DNA of 64,000 nucleotides from a virus: IMG/VR virus record IMGVR_UViG_3300047323_000673, positions 1 to 64,000 of that record; one strand, 5' to 3'. Shown piece by piece: positions 1 to 9,940 of this stretch (position 1 is its first letter; each line of letters starts with the position of its first letter). The notes under the pieces were generated by a model. It saw only the letters and a program-made list of their open reading frames with translations, ran no database searches and was not told where the DNA came from. The position numbers and the translations under genes were made by a program.

Positions 1-222
1 TTAAATATTAAAAGAAGAAACTCTTGCATGAGGGGAACAACTCCATTGAGGATAGGAACCCAATACTTCTTTAATCATTTTTTCATTCCCACTTACAGAA
101 ATAACTCCAGGAATTTCATCTAAAATTGTTATATTTTTCGCTGTTAATTCATTAATAAGAGATTCTTGTTCTACTTTAGTTGGGTCAGAAGTTAACTTAT
201 AAGTAATGGAGTATTTTCTCAT
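1..222 (-). CDS. small hypothetical protein (73 aa), last gene of the icmW-like/AAA operon
   Basis: Clean ORF, same strand 56 bp downstream of the AAA ATPase; no recognisable motif. Confidence 0.6.
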   Translation of the reverse strand: MRKYSITYKLTSDPTKVEQESLINELTAKNITILDEIPGVISVSGNEKMIKEVLGSYPQWSCSPHARVSSFNI

Positions 223-278
223 ATTTGCCCTTTATTTAAATAATCCCAATTATATCACTCATAGTTTTTATATGCAAC

Positions 279-1742
279 TTAAAAACCTAATACTCGTTTT
301 GGTTTATCTTTTTTAATAATAATTAAGGTTTGATTCGTTTCTACATTTTCTATATTTGTCATATCTATTTGTGATGCTTGATTAAATACAGAATTATTTA
401 AAAGCTGCTTAATTTCTCTAGGAGTCATTGTTTCTAACTGCTCTAATTGTTCACAGTTAAGTTCTTCTTTAAATAAACCACTTTTACCAATAATTGAAGA
501 GTAGATATTCTGAGCAATTATATGAGTAGTTTTCGCATCTGGTTTCTTAATATTAAGAACTTTCATACGCGATAATAAAGATTCAGGGATACCGTTTACA
601 TCGTTTGCAGTAAGAATATAAATAATATTGGAAGCATTAAATGAACAATTGATATATTCATCTTTTAATATTTTAGAATTTTCTGGCTCTAATAATTGAT
701 GAAAAGCAGAAAATGGATCATAATTTTTTCCAGAACTTAATTTATCAATTTCATCAAAAATAATAATTGGACTAATTGTAGGGCAATCTAACATTTGTCT
801 AAAAATTAAACCAGCTTCTGCATTTTTCCATTGACCTGAAGAACCAGTTAAGACCCAAGTTGCACTTATGGAATTTGCATCAATTATATAAGAAGAAGTA
901 TTTAAACATTTTGCTAATTCTTTTGCAAAGAATGTTTTCCCAATACCTGGATCGCCTAATAAAAGAAGAGGAAGAGGTGCTTGGTAGCTTTCTTTTTGTT
1001 TCATTTTAAAATGATTTAATACAAAGCTTCCCTTAAAATAATCTAATGCCTCTTTAAAATTTGGAGCTTTCTTTGTAATCTCATCAAAAATTGAATAATC
1101 CTGAATATCAATAATAGGTTTATCGGGATTTAACTTAGAAAGATAGTTATTTAAGCGATTCTTTTTTTCTTGCTCATGGCTTTTATCCAATTCAGCATCT
1201 TTTTTAATTTGATTAATTGCTACTTCATCAATCCAATTAATAGTTTGTAATTTAGGAGGACTTATATCATTATCATTATCTTTTTCTATTGTTTCTACAA
1301 TCTCAGATTCTTTAAAGAGTGATTCAAGTTCACCTAAAGCTACTATAATATCTGTCTCTTTACCATCCTTCTCGTCATCTTCATAATCAATATCATCATC
1401 AAGAAGATCAATAACTAATAATTCATCATCATCTTTCTCAGTTTCAATTAAATTATTAATTATTTGAAGAGCATTAATTAAATCAATAGTATAACTTTTA
1501 TTAAATGTATTGATATATTGAATATAATTTATGATAGAAATATGTTCATCATTTGTGTATTCTATATCATCTATCTTTTCTTGATAAGAATTATTAGTAT
1601 TGTTTGTTTGAGTAGATTCTGCCACAGATGGTATGTTAATTAAATAGTTAATTTCTTTTATAGCAGTTTCTAATTGAGGATTTTTATATTTTTTAGAAGA
1701 ATTTAAAAAATGAATATAGTTTATAATTGGCAGTTTGCTCAT
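279..1742 (-). CDS. AAA+ ATPase, Lon-type AAA module without protease domain
   Basis: Walker A GDPGIGKT, Walker B IIIFDEIDK, sensor-1 YILTAND, Arg finger LLSRM; acidic N-terminal region; ends KRVLGF; no Lon Ser-Lys protease domain. Confidence 0.85.
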   Translation of the reverse strand: MSKLPIINYIHFLNSSKKYKNPQLETAIKEINYLINIPSVAESTQTNNTNNSYQEKIDDIEYTNDEHISIINYIQYINTFNKSYTIDLINALQIINNLIETEKDDDELLVIDLLDDDIDYEDDEKDGKETDIIVALGELESLFKESEIVETIEKDNDNDISPPKLQTINWIDEVAINQIKKDAELDKSHEQEKKNRLNNYLSKLNPDKPIIDIQDYSIFDEITKKAPNFKEALDYFKGSFVLNHFKMKQKESYQAPLPLLLLGDPGIGKTFFAKELAKCLNTSSYIIDANSISATWVLTGSSGQWKNAEAGLIFRQMLDCPTISPIIIFDEIDKLSSGKNYDPFSAFHQLLEPENSKILKDEYINCSFNASNIIYILTANDVNGIPESLLSRMKVLNIKKPDAKTTHIIAQNIYSSIIGKSGLFKEELNCEQLEQLETMTPREIKQLLNNSVFNQASQIDMTNIENVETNQTLIIIKKDKPKRVLGF

Positions 1743-1769
1743 GTTTAAATTAAATAAATATTGTTTATT

Positions 1770-2222
1770 TTATTCATCTCTGGGGTCTAATAAGCCACTA
1801 ATTAATCTAGTACGCAGAGGACTAAAAATCCTACCTAAAGAATTCCAACCTTTTATAAGCTTCATTCTTTCTAACAGTAATTCACCAGCAGCCCAATTTT
1901 CTGAGGATCTTGCCTCCATTACATAATGGAAAGATAAACCCGAAAATTTTTGATCTAAATAATGGAAAAGAAATGCAAATTGAGATATTGTCATATGTCC
2001 CATTAACTCTGTAATTTTTTTAGAATCACGGCTCCAGTGTAATGTGGTCCAATCTTTAGCTATTTCAGTCAATTGTATTAGCTTTGATTGAAATAAAGAG
2101 TCATTTGTTAATGACCAAGTTTCTAACTTACTAGTTTCTTCTAATAATTGGCAAAATTTTGGATCTAATTTATTCCAATAATCTTTAATAAAATGTGGCT
2201 CTAAATTTAAAATTGATTCCAT
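1770..2222 (-). CDS. icmW: IcmW-like type IVB (Dot/Icm) secretion adaptor protein
   Basis: 150 aa, end-to-end motif correspondence with Legionella IcmW as recalled: YW..LDP, E.W.L, LD...G, LL.R....L.R.F...R..L; similar length; not confirmed by search. Confidence 0.65.
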   Translation of the reverse strand: MESILNLEPHFIKDYWNKLDPKFCQLLEETSKLETWSLTNDSLFQSKLIQLTEIAKDWTTLHWSRDSKKITELMGHMTISQFAFLFHYLDQKFSGLSFHYVMEARSSENWAAGELLLERMKLIKGWNSLGRIFSPLRTRLISGLLDPRDE

Positions 2223-2394
2223 ATAACCTTATATTGTGAAAGTAATTCAGAAATACATTAGAAATTAATATTTGTTTTGTCAATAACTGTTGTTCAAAAT
2301 AAAATACAGAATAATTTATCTTAAAAGCTATATCATTTGTTGATTAGAAAACTTAAATTTGAGATAATAATTAAAATCATAAATACTTGTTAAT

Positions 2395-3120
2395 ATGCAA
2401 AAATTCGTGCTGATAGATCATGGAAATGGTATTACTGAAAAACATTTTGAAAATGGTACTATTATTTGGTTTAAAAATGAATTGGCTCATCGTGAAGATG
2501 GGCCAGCAATTCGCTATCATAATGGCATTGAAGAATGGTGGATTAATGGACATAGACATAGGGAAAATGAACCAGCATTAATATATCCTAATGGAATTAA
2601 AGAATGGTATAAACATGGTAAACAACATCGTTTAGATGGGCCTGCTGTTGAATCACCTAGTGGTAATAAAGAGTGGTATTTTGAAGGGGAGCTTCATAGG
2701 GAAAATGGACCTGCTTTAGAGCATATAGATGGAACTAGGAAATGGTATAAACATGGTAAGCTTCATAAAGAAAATGGTCCTGCCATTGAATTTCCTAATG
2801 GAGATAAAGAGTGGTATAAAAACGGTAAGAAACATCGTGAAAACAGTCCAGCAATTGAGAAAGCAGATGGCGATAAATATTGGTATATGAATGGAGAACT
2901 TCATAGAGAAAATGGGCCTGCTATTGAAACAATTAGTATTGAAGAATGGTATATAAATGGCAAACAGCATCGGTATGATGGACCCGCAGTAGTATTTATG
3001 GATGGTTATGAAGAATATTGGATTAATGGTGAAGAATATTCTAAATCGGAATGGAATGCTTATCATTTAAATAAAGAATTACCCACAAATAATATAAAAC
3101 ATAAAAAAATAAAGATTTAA
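2395..3120 (+). CDS. HREDGPA-repeat (MORN-variant-like) protein, 8 repeats
   Basis: 23-aa repeat WY.NG.LHRE[DN]GPAIE..[DN]G; tail YHLNKELPTNNIKHKKIKI. Confidence 0.85.
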   Translation: MQKFVLIDHGNGITEKHFENGTIIWFKNELAHREDGPAIRYHNGIEEWWINGHRHRENEPALIYPNGIKEWYKHGKQHRLDGPAVESPSGNKEWYFEGELHRENGPALEHIDGTRKWYKHGKLHKENGPAIEFPNGDKEWYKNGKKHRENSPAIEKADGDKYWYMNGELHRENGPAIETISIEEWYINGKQHRYDGPAVVFMDGYEEYWINGEEYSKSEWNAYHLNKELPTNNIKHKKIKI

Positions 3121-3121
3121 T

Positions 3122-3847
3122 ATGAAAAAAACAAAAATTATTAAACATCCTAACGAAGTAAAAGAGTTTCATTATGATGATGGAAGTGTAGCATGGTATA
3201 AGAATGGAGAATTACATAAAGATGATGCTCCAGCCGTTATTCTTGCTAATGGATATAAGCAATGGTATAAAAATGGGGTATTACATAGAGTAGATGGTCC
3301 TGCAAAAGAGTATCCTAGTGGTGGTGGTGAATGGCATTTTGAAGGAAAATTACACAGAGAAAATGGCCCAGCTATTGAAAAAAATGATGGAACTATAAAA
3401 TGGTATCAGCACGGTAAGTTACATCGTGAAGATGGCCCAGCATATGTAACTTCTAGTGGGGAAAAACGATGGTATATTCATGATCAGCTTCATCGAGAAG
3501 ATGGACCTGCTATTATAGATAATATTGCAGAATATTGGCATATAAATAATAAAGTACATCGTGAAAATGCTCCTGCAATTGAATATTATGATGGTAAGAA
3601 AGAGTGGTGGATTAATGATCAGCTTCATCGTGAGAATGGACCAGCAATTGAATGTCCTTCTGGTAGAAAAGAGTGGTGGTTTAATGGAGAATTACATAGA
3701 GAAGACGGTCCTGCTATTGAAAATTTTTATGGTAAAGAAATATGGTGTTTAAATGGACAAGAATTATCTAAACAAGAATTTGATGCAATAATTTTAGGAA
3801 AAGAATTGAATTTTAACAATTCAAATAATAAAAGAATTAAAGTTTAA
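3122..3847 (+). CDS. HREDGPA-repeat protein, 8 repeats
   Basis: 23-aa repeats; tail ILGKELNFNNSNNKRIKV. Confidence 0.85.
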   Translation: MKKTKIIKHPNEVKEFHYDDGSVAWYKNGELHKDDAPAVILANGYKQWYKNGVLHRVDGPAKEYPSGGGEWHFEGKLHRENGPAIEKNDGTIKWYQHGKLHREDGPAYVTSSGEKRWYIHDQLHREDGPAIIDNIAEYWHINNKVHRENAPAIEYYDGKKEWWINDQLHRENGPAIECPSGRKEWWFNGELHREDGPAIENFYGKEIWCLNGQELSKQEFDAIILGKELNFNNSNNKRIKV

Positions 3848-3849
3848 AA

Positions 3850-4242
3850 ATGACAGAAACCCAAATTATATATCATGGCGATGGAATTTCTCATAGTTAT
3901 GAAGATGGAACTATTAAGTGGTATAAAAATGGACTTCTTCATAAAGAGGATGGTCCAGCCATTATATTTTTCTTTGGTCAACAAGAATGGTGGCTCAATG
4001 GAAAGAAACATCGTGATGGTGCTCCAGCAGTTATAAAGCCAGATGGTAGTCAGTATTGGTATCAAAATGGAAATAAACACCGTGAAGATGGGCCGGCTGT
4101 TATATATCCATATAATAGAGGAATATGGTTTATTGATGGAATAGAAATATCAGAAAAAGAATTTAAAATATTAGTGCTTAAAAAAGAATTAAATAGAGAT
4201 TTATCAATAAATGAAAGAAATCCTAAAAAAATGAAAGTATAA
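3850..4242 (+). CDS. HREDGPA-repeat protein, 3 repeats
   Basis: Repeats HKEDGPA, HRDGAPA, HREDGPA; tail LKKELNRDL...KKMKV. Confidence 0.85.
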   Translation: MTETQIIYHGDGISHSYEDGTIKWYKNGLLHKEDGPAIIFFFGQQEWWLNGKKHRDGAPAVIKPDGSQYWYQNGNKHREDGPAVIYPYNRGIWFIDGIEISEKEFKILVLKKELNRDLSINERNPKKMKV

Positions 4243-4244
4243 AA

Positions 4245-4499
4245 ATGCGAGTAATGACCACAATTCATAAAAATGGAACAATTGAGGATGTTTACGATAA
4301 TGGATACATTCGATGGAGCAAAAATGGAAAAAATCATCGTGAAGATGGTCCTGCTATAATTCATTGTAATGGAAATTTAGAGTATTGGATTGATGGAATA
4401 GAAATTTCAGAAAAAAAATTTAATACTAGAGTTTTACAAAGTCAATTAAATCAAGAACTATCTAAATCTGAAATTAAAACAAAACAACTTAAAATTTAA
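4245..4499 (+). CDS. HREDGPA-repeat protein, 1 repeat (minimal member)
   Basis: Single HREDGPA flanked by the same N- and C-caps; tail LQSQLNQEL...KQLKI. Confidence 0.8.
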   Translation: MRVMTTIHKNGTIEDVYDNGYIRWSKNGKNHREDGPAIIHCNGNLEYWIDGIEISEKKFNTRVLQSQLNQELSKSEIKTKQLKI

Positions 4500-4500
4500 T

Positions 4501-5043
4501 ATGAAAATTACTAAAATAATAAAACATGATGATGACTTAATTGAAGAACAGTATGTCAATGGCGATAAAAGATGGTTAAAAAATAATAAATATCATAGAG
4601 AAAACGGTCCAGCTATTGAGCAAAATGATGGCACTAAGTATTGGTATATAAGTGGGAATCTTCATCGTGATAACGGTCCAGCTATTGAAAGTGTTGATGG
4701 TTATAAAAAGTGGTATATAGAGGGTAAATTGCATCGTATAGATGGGCCAGCTATAGAATGGAATAATGGAGACAAACATTGGTATATAAATGGAGAATTG
4801 CATAGAGTGGGATATGCTGCTATTGAGTATAGTAATGGTAGTCAACATTGGTATCAAAACGGTTTATTACATAGAGAAGATGGTCCAGCTATTGAAGATA
4901 AGTATTATAATCATTGTGTAAAACAATGGAGGTTTAAAGGTAGAGAATATACTGAACAAGAATTTAATATTATGAAAATGAAAAATGAATTAAATAAAGA
5001 ACTGATAAATAATGATGTAAAACCTAAAAGATTAAAATTATGA
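4501..5043 (+). CDS. HREDGPA-repeat protein, 5 repeats
   Basis: 23-aa repeats; tail MKNELNKEL...KPKRLKL; ATGA overlap with next gene. Confidence 0.85.
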   Translation: MKITKIIKHDDDLIEEQYVNGDKRWLKNNKYHRENGPAIEQNDGTKYWYISGNLHRDNGPAIESVDGYKKWYIEGKLHRIDGPAIEWNNGDKHWYINGELHRVGYAAIEYSNGSQHWYQNGLLHREDGPAIEDKYYNHCVKQWRFKGREYTEQEFNIMKMKNELNKELINNDVKPKRLKL

Positions 5044-5504
5044 AAACAATTATTAAAACTGTAGATCATGGTAATGGTATTATTGAACAATATTACGATG
5101 ATGGTAGCATTCAATGGACTAAAGATGGTTTAGCAGAGCGCGAAAACGGTCCTGCTTTAATATATAGTGATGGAACCACAAAATGGTTTAAAAAAGGACA
5201 TCTTCATCGTGAAGATGGTCCAGCAGTAGAATTTCCTGATGGTTCATATTCTTGGAGCTTAAATGGTAAACTACATAGAATTGGTGAACCTGCAATTAAT
5301 TATAAAGGAAATAAAAAATGGTATGTAAACGGTCAGCTACATCGTGAAGATGGTCCTGCAATAATAAATGCAGATGGAACAGAAGAATGGGTTTTAAATG
5401 GTTTAAAGCTATCTGAACAAGAAATTAATGCTATTAAATTAAATAAAGATTTAGAAGAAGAATTATCTAATAAAAACAGTAGTAGTAAAAAACAAAAAAT
5501 TTAA
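5040..5504 (+). CDS. HREDGPA-repeat protein, 4 repeats
   Basis: 23-aa repeats; tail LNKDLEEEL...KKQKI; shares TTAA stop overlap with the convergent gene. Confidence 0.85.
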   Translation: MKTIIKTVDHGNGIIEQYYDDGSIQWTKDGLAERENGPALIYSDGTTKWFKKGHLHREDGPAVEFPDGSYSWSLNGKLHRIGEPAINYKGNKKWYVNGQLHREDGPAIINADGTEEWVLNGLKLSEQEINAIKLNKDLEEELSNKNSSSKKQKI

Positions 5505-6142
5505 ATCTTGATTCTTTTTTCCATGTGATTGTTATTATTTAATTCTTCACCTAATTCATGAGCTAAATAATGACTATCTAATGTTTTTATTATTTGTTCG
5601 TTATTTTCGTAATAGCCCCAAAATGGAATTGGAAATTTTGCTTCTTCAAACATATTAGTTAAATTATGCAATCTATAAGGCTTCCAATTGTCGATATTTC
5701 CATTAAATTTTGAGTTGCTGAACATCCATGACATGTTTTCTACATTAGATACATTCCAATTGCTTATATCACCATTAAACTCAGATTTTTCAAATAAACA
5801 AACCATATGTTTAACACTAGATACATCCCATTTTGAAATATCTCCATTAAATTTAGAATCAAAAAATAATGATTCCATATTTTCTACTTTAGAAACATTA
5901 CAATTAGATATGTCTCCATTAAATTTAGAACGAGCAAATAAACTATACATTTTGATAACATTAGAAACATCCCATTGACTTATATCTCCATTAAAATTAG
6001 AAGCATCAAAAAGCCCACTCATATCAGTAATATTAGATACATCAATATGATTTAAATCACATTCATAACCATTTGCAGCAATTTCTGCATATACTAGTTT
6101 ATCTAGATGAATTAAATCTTTTGCTACAATCTTTTTTTTCAT
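5501..6142 (-). CDS. DUF285/BspA-like LRR protein, 4 repeats
   Basis: [10 protein letters not shown]-cap, 24-aa FNGDISxWDVS repeats, PFW C-cap, tail ELGEEL...KRIKI. Confidence 0.9.
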   Translation of the reverse strand: MKKKIVAKDLIHLDKLVYAEIAANGYECDLNHIDVSNITDMSGLFDASNFNGDISQWDVSNVIKMYSLFARSKFNGDISNCNVSKVENMESLFFDSKFNGDISKWDVSSVKHMVCLFEKSEFNGDISNWNVSNVENMSWMFSNSKFNGNIDNWKPYRLHNLTNMFEEAKFPIPFWGYYENNEQIIKTLDSHYLAHELGEELNNNNHMEKRIKI

Positions 6143-6780
6143 AATTTAATGTGTTTAATATTCTCTTTTTTGTTACTTAATTCAAAATTCAATTCTTTTT
6201 GTAAATGATGAATAGATATAGCCTTGGTTCTTTTTTTATTGTCATCATATTCTGCCCAATAAGGTATGGGAGTATCTGAACCTAAAAATATTTTATCAAA
6301 TTTTTTTAATTTTGAAACATTCCAATTAGAAACATCACCACTAAATGAGCTATTAAAGAATATATAATCCATGTATTTTACTTTTGAAACATCCCAATTA
6401 AAGACATCACTATCAAACCTGGAATTGGCAAACATTTCAGTCATATTAATAACTTGGGAAGTATTCCAATTGGAAATATTTCCATTAAATTTAGAGTTAG
6501 CAAACATATTTTGCATATATTTAACATTGGAGACATCCCAATTAGAGATATCACCATTAAAACTACAAGCAAAAAACATATGTGCCATATTAATGGCCTT
6601 GGATGTATCCCAAAGAGAAATATCCCCTTTAAATAATGAATTAGCGAATAAATAGCTCATATCTGTAATATTAGAAACATCAATATGGTTTAAATCACAA
6701 TAGTAACCTTTAGACTTAATTTCGGCTTTGATTAACTCTTCTAAATGGGCTTTGTCAGTAGCTATAATTTGAGATTTCAT
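6139..6780 (-). CDS. DUF285/BspA-like LRR protein, 4 repeats
   Basis: Same caps and repeats; tail LQKELNFEL...KHIKL. Confidence 0.9.
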   Translation of the reverse strand: MKSQIIATDKAHLEELIKAEIKSKGYYCDLNHIDVSNITDMSYLFANSLFKGDISLWDTSKAINMAHMFFACSFNGDISNWDVSNVKYMQNMFANSKFNGNISNWNTSQVINMTEMFANSRFDSDVFNWDVSKVKYMDYIFFNSSFSGDVSNWNVSKLKKFDKIFLGSDTPIPYWAEYDDNKKRTKAISIHHLQKELNFELSNKKENIKHIKL

Positions 6781-6872
6781 ATATAAGTTTTCTTTAGTTT
6801 ATCAATTAATTTTAATAAATTAAACACATTTATCAAAAGAATCTGTATAGTAAAAAATCCCGGTATTGGGAT

Positions 6873-7445
6873 TTATATTTTATTCTTTTTTTGGTTTTGA
6901 GGCTTAATATCTAAATATGTAGGAAATTTTTTATATTGCTTGGTATTACAACTCCATCTTAATGAAGAAAAATTTCCCATTAAACGATGTCCAATCCATC
7001 TGTCATCAACAATACTTTTTTCATCGTTACAAAGTAGCAATCCTCCCATAAATTTAGTCCATTCGTCATTATTGATAAGAGTAGGAAAATATGCATGAAA
7101 AGATCTTCCTGAAGAATAATAATTGGGTTCAACAGGAAGAAGTGTTTCTACAATTCTAATATCTTTTATATCTTCTGTAGCAAAATCAATCATCGGAATA
7201 TGTAAAATTTTATCACCTATGAAAACTCTAGAGTTCAAACAAATTTCTTTAGTGCTAGGCAAGCTTTCCAAAATATTTTTAAACCATTCTTCAGATACAT
7301 CCTTAGGCTTCATATTAAATGAAGTTCTATTGTCAATAAATGACTGAGGAATATATTCATAAATATCAAAAGTAAGTAAAGCTTCACTAGGAAGATTTTT
7401 ACTAAAATTGATTACAAAATGAATCGGATGCTGTGATAAATCCAT
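6873..7445 (-). CDS. archaeo-eukaryotic primase (AEP)-superfamily protein, 'primase 1D-like'
   Basis: HIPMIDF (motif I-like), YYSSGRSFHAY (motif II SGRSFH), VDDRWIGH...LRWS; ends QKKNKI. Confidence 0.6.
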   Translation of the reverse strand: MDLSQHPIHFVINFSKNLPSEALLTFDIYEYIPQSFIDNRTSFNMKPKDVSEEWFKNILESLPSTKEICLNSRVFIGDKILHIPMIDFATEDIKDIRIVETLLPVEPNYYSSGRSFHAYFPTLINNDEWTKFMGGLLLCNDEKSIVDDRWIGHRLMGNFSSLRWSCNTKQYKKFPTYLDIKPQNQKKNKI

Positions 7446-7477
7446 AGATATATACTTACGGTTAAATTTTAATGATA

Positions 7478-8059
7478 CTAGATTTTTACTTTTTTGGGAA
7501 TAGGTATATCATTTTTAGTTAAAAATTCATCTAACTCATCGTATTTAAGTGAAGACTTGTATCTTTTTATCTCAAAAGACCGTTCTTCTTTATCTTTAAT
7601 TTTTGCCCAATAAGGAATTGGTGCCTTAGAATTAGTGAACATATGTAAACAGTATTGTAAATTATGAGGTTCCCAATCAGATAAATCAATGGTTAATTGT
7701 GACTTCGCAAAAATACCAACCATATTGTCAGTTTTAGACACATCCCATTTAGATATGTCACCATTGAATTTTGATTTTCCAAACATATAGCACATGTCTT
7801 CTACTTTAGACACATCCCATTTACTAATATTACCATCAAAAACAGAATCCCAAAACATATAACCCATATCTTTAACATTACTAACATTCCACTGAGATAT
7901 ATCTCCATTAAAATTTGAACTTCTAAATAATTCTCTCATATCAGTAATATGGCTTACATCAATATGATTAAGATTACAATTAGAACCATTATTATTAGTT
8001 TCTTCTTTTATAAATTTTATTAATTGTTGTTTGCTTAGTGGAATGATTTTAGGCTTCAT
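7478..8059 (-). CDS. DUF285/BspA-like LRR protein, 3 repeats
   Basis: CNLNHIDVS cap, repeats, PYW cap; tail ...PKKVKI. Confidence 0.9.
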   Translation of the reverse strand: MKPKIIPLSKQQLIKFIKEETNNNGSNCNLNHIDVSHITDMRELFRSSNFNGDISQWNVSNVKDMGYMFWDSVFDGNISKWDVSKVEDMCYMFGKSKFNGDISKWDVSKTDNMVGIFAKSQLTIDLSDWEPHNLQYCLHMFTNSKAPIPYWAKIKDKEERSFEIKRYKSSLKYDELDEFLTKNDIPIPKKVKI

Positions 8060-8634
8060 ATTTTAGCCTTATTTTTTGATAAATTATTATTGCTTAATTC
8101 ATTGTTTAATTCGTGATTCATTTGTTTTTTCATATGATAAGAATCAATAGCTTCTTTTCTTTCATCTGGATCGTCATAATTTCCCCAATATGGCTTATTA
8201 TAGTCATCCGAAAATGTATCTATAAAATCTTCAGCATTATAGGGTTTCCAATCAGAGATGTTACCATTAAAAGCACTTCTTTTAAATAAATGCTCCATCC
8301 AAATTACATTAGAAACATCCCATTGTGAAATATCACCATTGAATTCAGATTTATAAAACATAGAACTCATATCTATAACATTTGAAGTATTCCACTTAGA
8401 TATATTCCCATTAAAATTTGAGTCATAAAACATATTATTCATATTAGTAACTTTAGAAACATCCCAAGTAGAAATATCACCATCAAAGTTGGATTCTCTA
8501 AAAAGCTCACCCATATCCTCAATTTTAGAAACATCAATATGGTTTAAGTCACAATAACTACCATTAATTTTGATTTCTTCTTTAATTAATTTTTTTAAAT
8601 GGTCAAAATCTTGAGCTATGATTTTATTTTTCAT
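8056..8634 (-). CDS. DUF285/BspA-like LRR protein, 3 repeats
   Basis: Caps and repeats; tail ELNNEL...KNKAKI. Confidence 0.9.
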   Translation of the reverse strand: MKNKIIAQDFDHLKKLIKEEIKINGSYCDLNHIDVSKIEDMGELFRESNFDGDISTWDVSKVTNMNNMFYDSNFNGNISKWNTSNVIDMSSMFYKSEFNGDISQWDVSNVIWMEHLFKRSAFNGNISDWKPYNAEDFIDTFSDDYNKPYWGNYDDPDERKEAIDSYHMKKQMNHELNNELSNNNLSKNKAKI

Positions 8635-9212
8635 AATTTTATTTTTTTTTGAATTAGATTATTATGATTTAATTCTTGTTGCAGTTCCTGATTTATATTT
8701 CTAATAGTGATATATTTTTTAATTGCATCGAATCTTTCCTCTTGTTCCTCTATTTCTGCCCAATAAGGAATAATTACCTTAGATCTCTTAAAAATTAGAT
8801 TAGTAGATATTAAACTATATGGTGTCCATTCAGATAAATCCCCATTAAATTGAGAGCCAGCAAATATATAATCCATTTCTTTAACTGAAGAAACATTCCA
8901 ATTATTAATATTTTTAGAAAAATCAGAAAGTGAAAATATATAATTCATTTTTTTAACTTTAGATGTGTTCCACTGAGAGATATCGCCATTAAATTTTGAA
9001 TCGTAAAACATCAAATTCATATCAGTAACATTAGAAACATTCCATTTACTGATATCTCCATTAAACTTTGTGTTTGCAAATACTTCGCTCATGCTTGTAA
9101 TTTTTGAAACATCTATATGATTTAAATCGCATTCGCCTCCATTTAAATCTATTTCTGTTCTAATCAAAGCTTTTAAATGTTTTCTATCTTTAGCTATTAT
9201 TTTTTTTCTCAT
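8631..9212 (-). CDS. DUF285/BspA-like LRR protein, 3 repeats
   Basis: Caps and repeats; tail ELQQEL...KKIKL. Confidence 0.9.
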   Translation of the reverse strand: MRKKIIAKDRKHLKALIRTEIDLNGGECDLNHIDVSKITSMSEVFANTKFNGDISKWNVSNVTDMNLMFYDSKFNGDISQWNTSKVKKMNYIFSLSDFSKNINNWNVSSVKEMDYIFAGSQFNGDLSEWTPYSLISTNLIFKRSKVIIPYWAEIEEQEERFDAIKKYITIRNINQELQQELNHNNLIQKKIKL

Positions 9213-9799
9213 ATTTTAATTTTTTGTTGTAATTTTTCATTAGCTTTTAATTCTGAATTCAAATCCTCTTTTAATTGTTTCTTTCGCTGAAAAGCATCTA
9301 TAGCATTTATTCTTTCGTCTTGATTTTCAAATTGGCTCCAATAAGGAACAGGTGCAGGACAATTCTTGAACATATCCTTTACACAATATTCATGATCAAG
9401 GCTATAAGGCTTCCAATGAGATAAATCACCATGAAAATTTGAATCAACAAACATATAGCTCATGTCATAAACATTACTTACATCCCAATTAGAAATATCG
9501 CCATTAAATTTAGATTCTAAAAACATATACTTCATACTTTTAACTTTAGAAGTATTCCATTTTGAAATATCACCATTAAAATCTGAGCCATAAAACATAT
9601 ATTTCATTCTAGTTACATTAGATACATCCCATTCAGAAATATCCCCATTAAATTTAAGCCTTGCAAATACCTCCATCATATCAGTCACTTGAGAGACATC
9701 AATATGGTTTAAGTTACATTTGTTCCCATTATTTAGCATTTCTTGTTGAACTAGTTCTCTAAGATGGTCTTTATCTTTAGCTATAATTTTATGTTTCAT
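9209..9799 (-). CDS. DUF285/BspA-like LRR protein, 3 repeats
   Basis: Caps and repeats; tail DLNSEL...QKIKI. Confidence 0.9.
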   Translation of the reverse strand: MKHKIIAKDKDHLRELVQQEMLNNGNKCNLNHIDVSQVTDMMEVFARLKFNGDISEWDVSNVTRMKYMFYGSDFNGDISKWNTSKVKSMKYMFLESKFNGDISNWDVSNVYDMSYMFVDSNFHGDLSHWKPYSLDHEYCVKDMFKNCPAPVPYWSQFENQDERINAIDAFQRKKQLKEDLNSELKANEKLQQKIKI

Positions 9800-9833
9800 G
9801 ATTTATTTTTTTAATTAAAACTCTAATAAATAA

Positions 9834-9861
9834 ATTTTAACAAAAAACTCAGATATATCAA
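9834..9861 (-). promoter_or_regulatory. sigma70-type promoter (TTGATA-N16-TAAAAT, extended -10 TG)
   Basis: Matches the motif repeated upstream of many minus-strand operons. Confidence 0.55.
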
Positions 9862-9940
9862 AAAATAATTATACAGATAATTAAAAGTTGACAAATATTC
9901 TTGATCATTATAGATGTAATGACCAAAATATGGATAAAAT

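Noticed and set aside
279..1742. Lon protease call
   Set aside because: Only the AAA module is present; there is no C-terminal Ser-Lys protease domain.
2377..5114. Minus-strand ORFs overlapping the HREDGPA genes
   Set aside because: Antisense shadows of the repeat codons.
5501..5504. Convergent genes sharing a TTAA double stop
   Set aside because: Common in compact AT-rich genomes and not informative alone.
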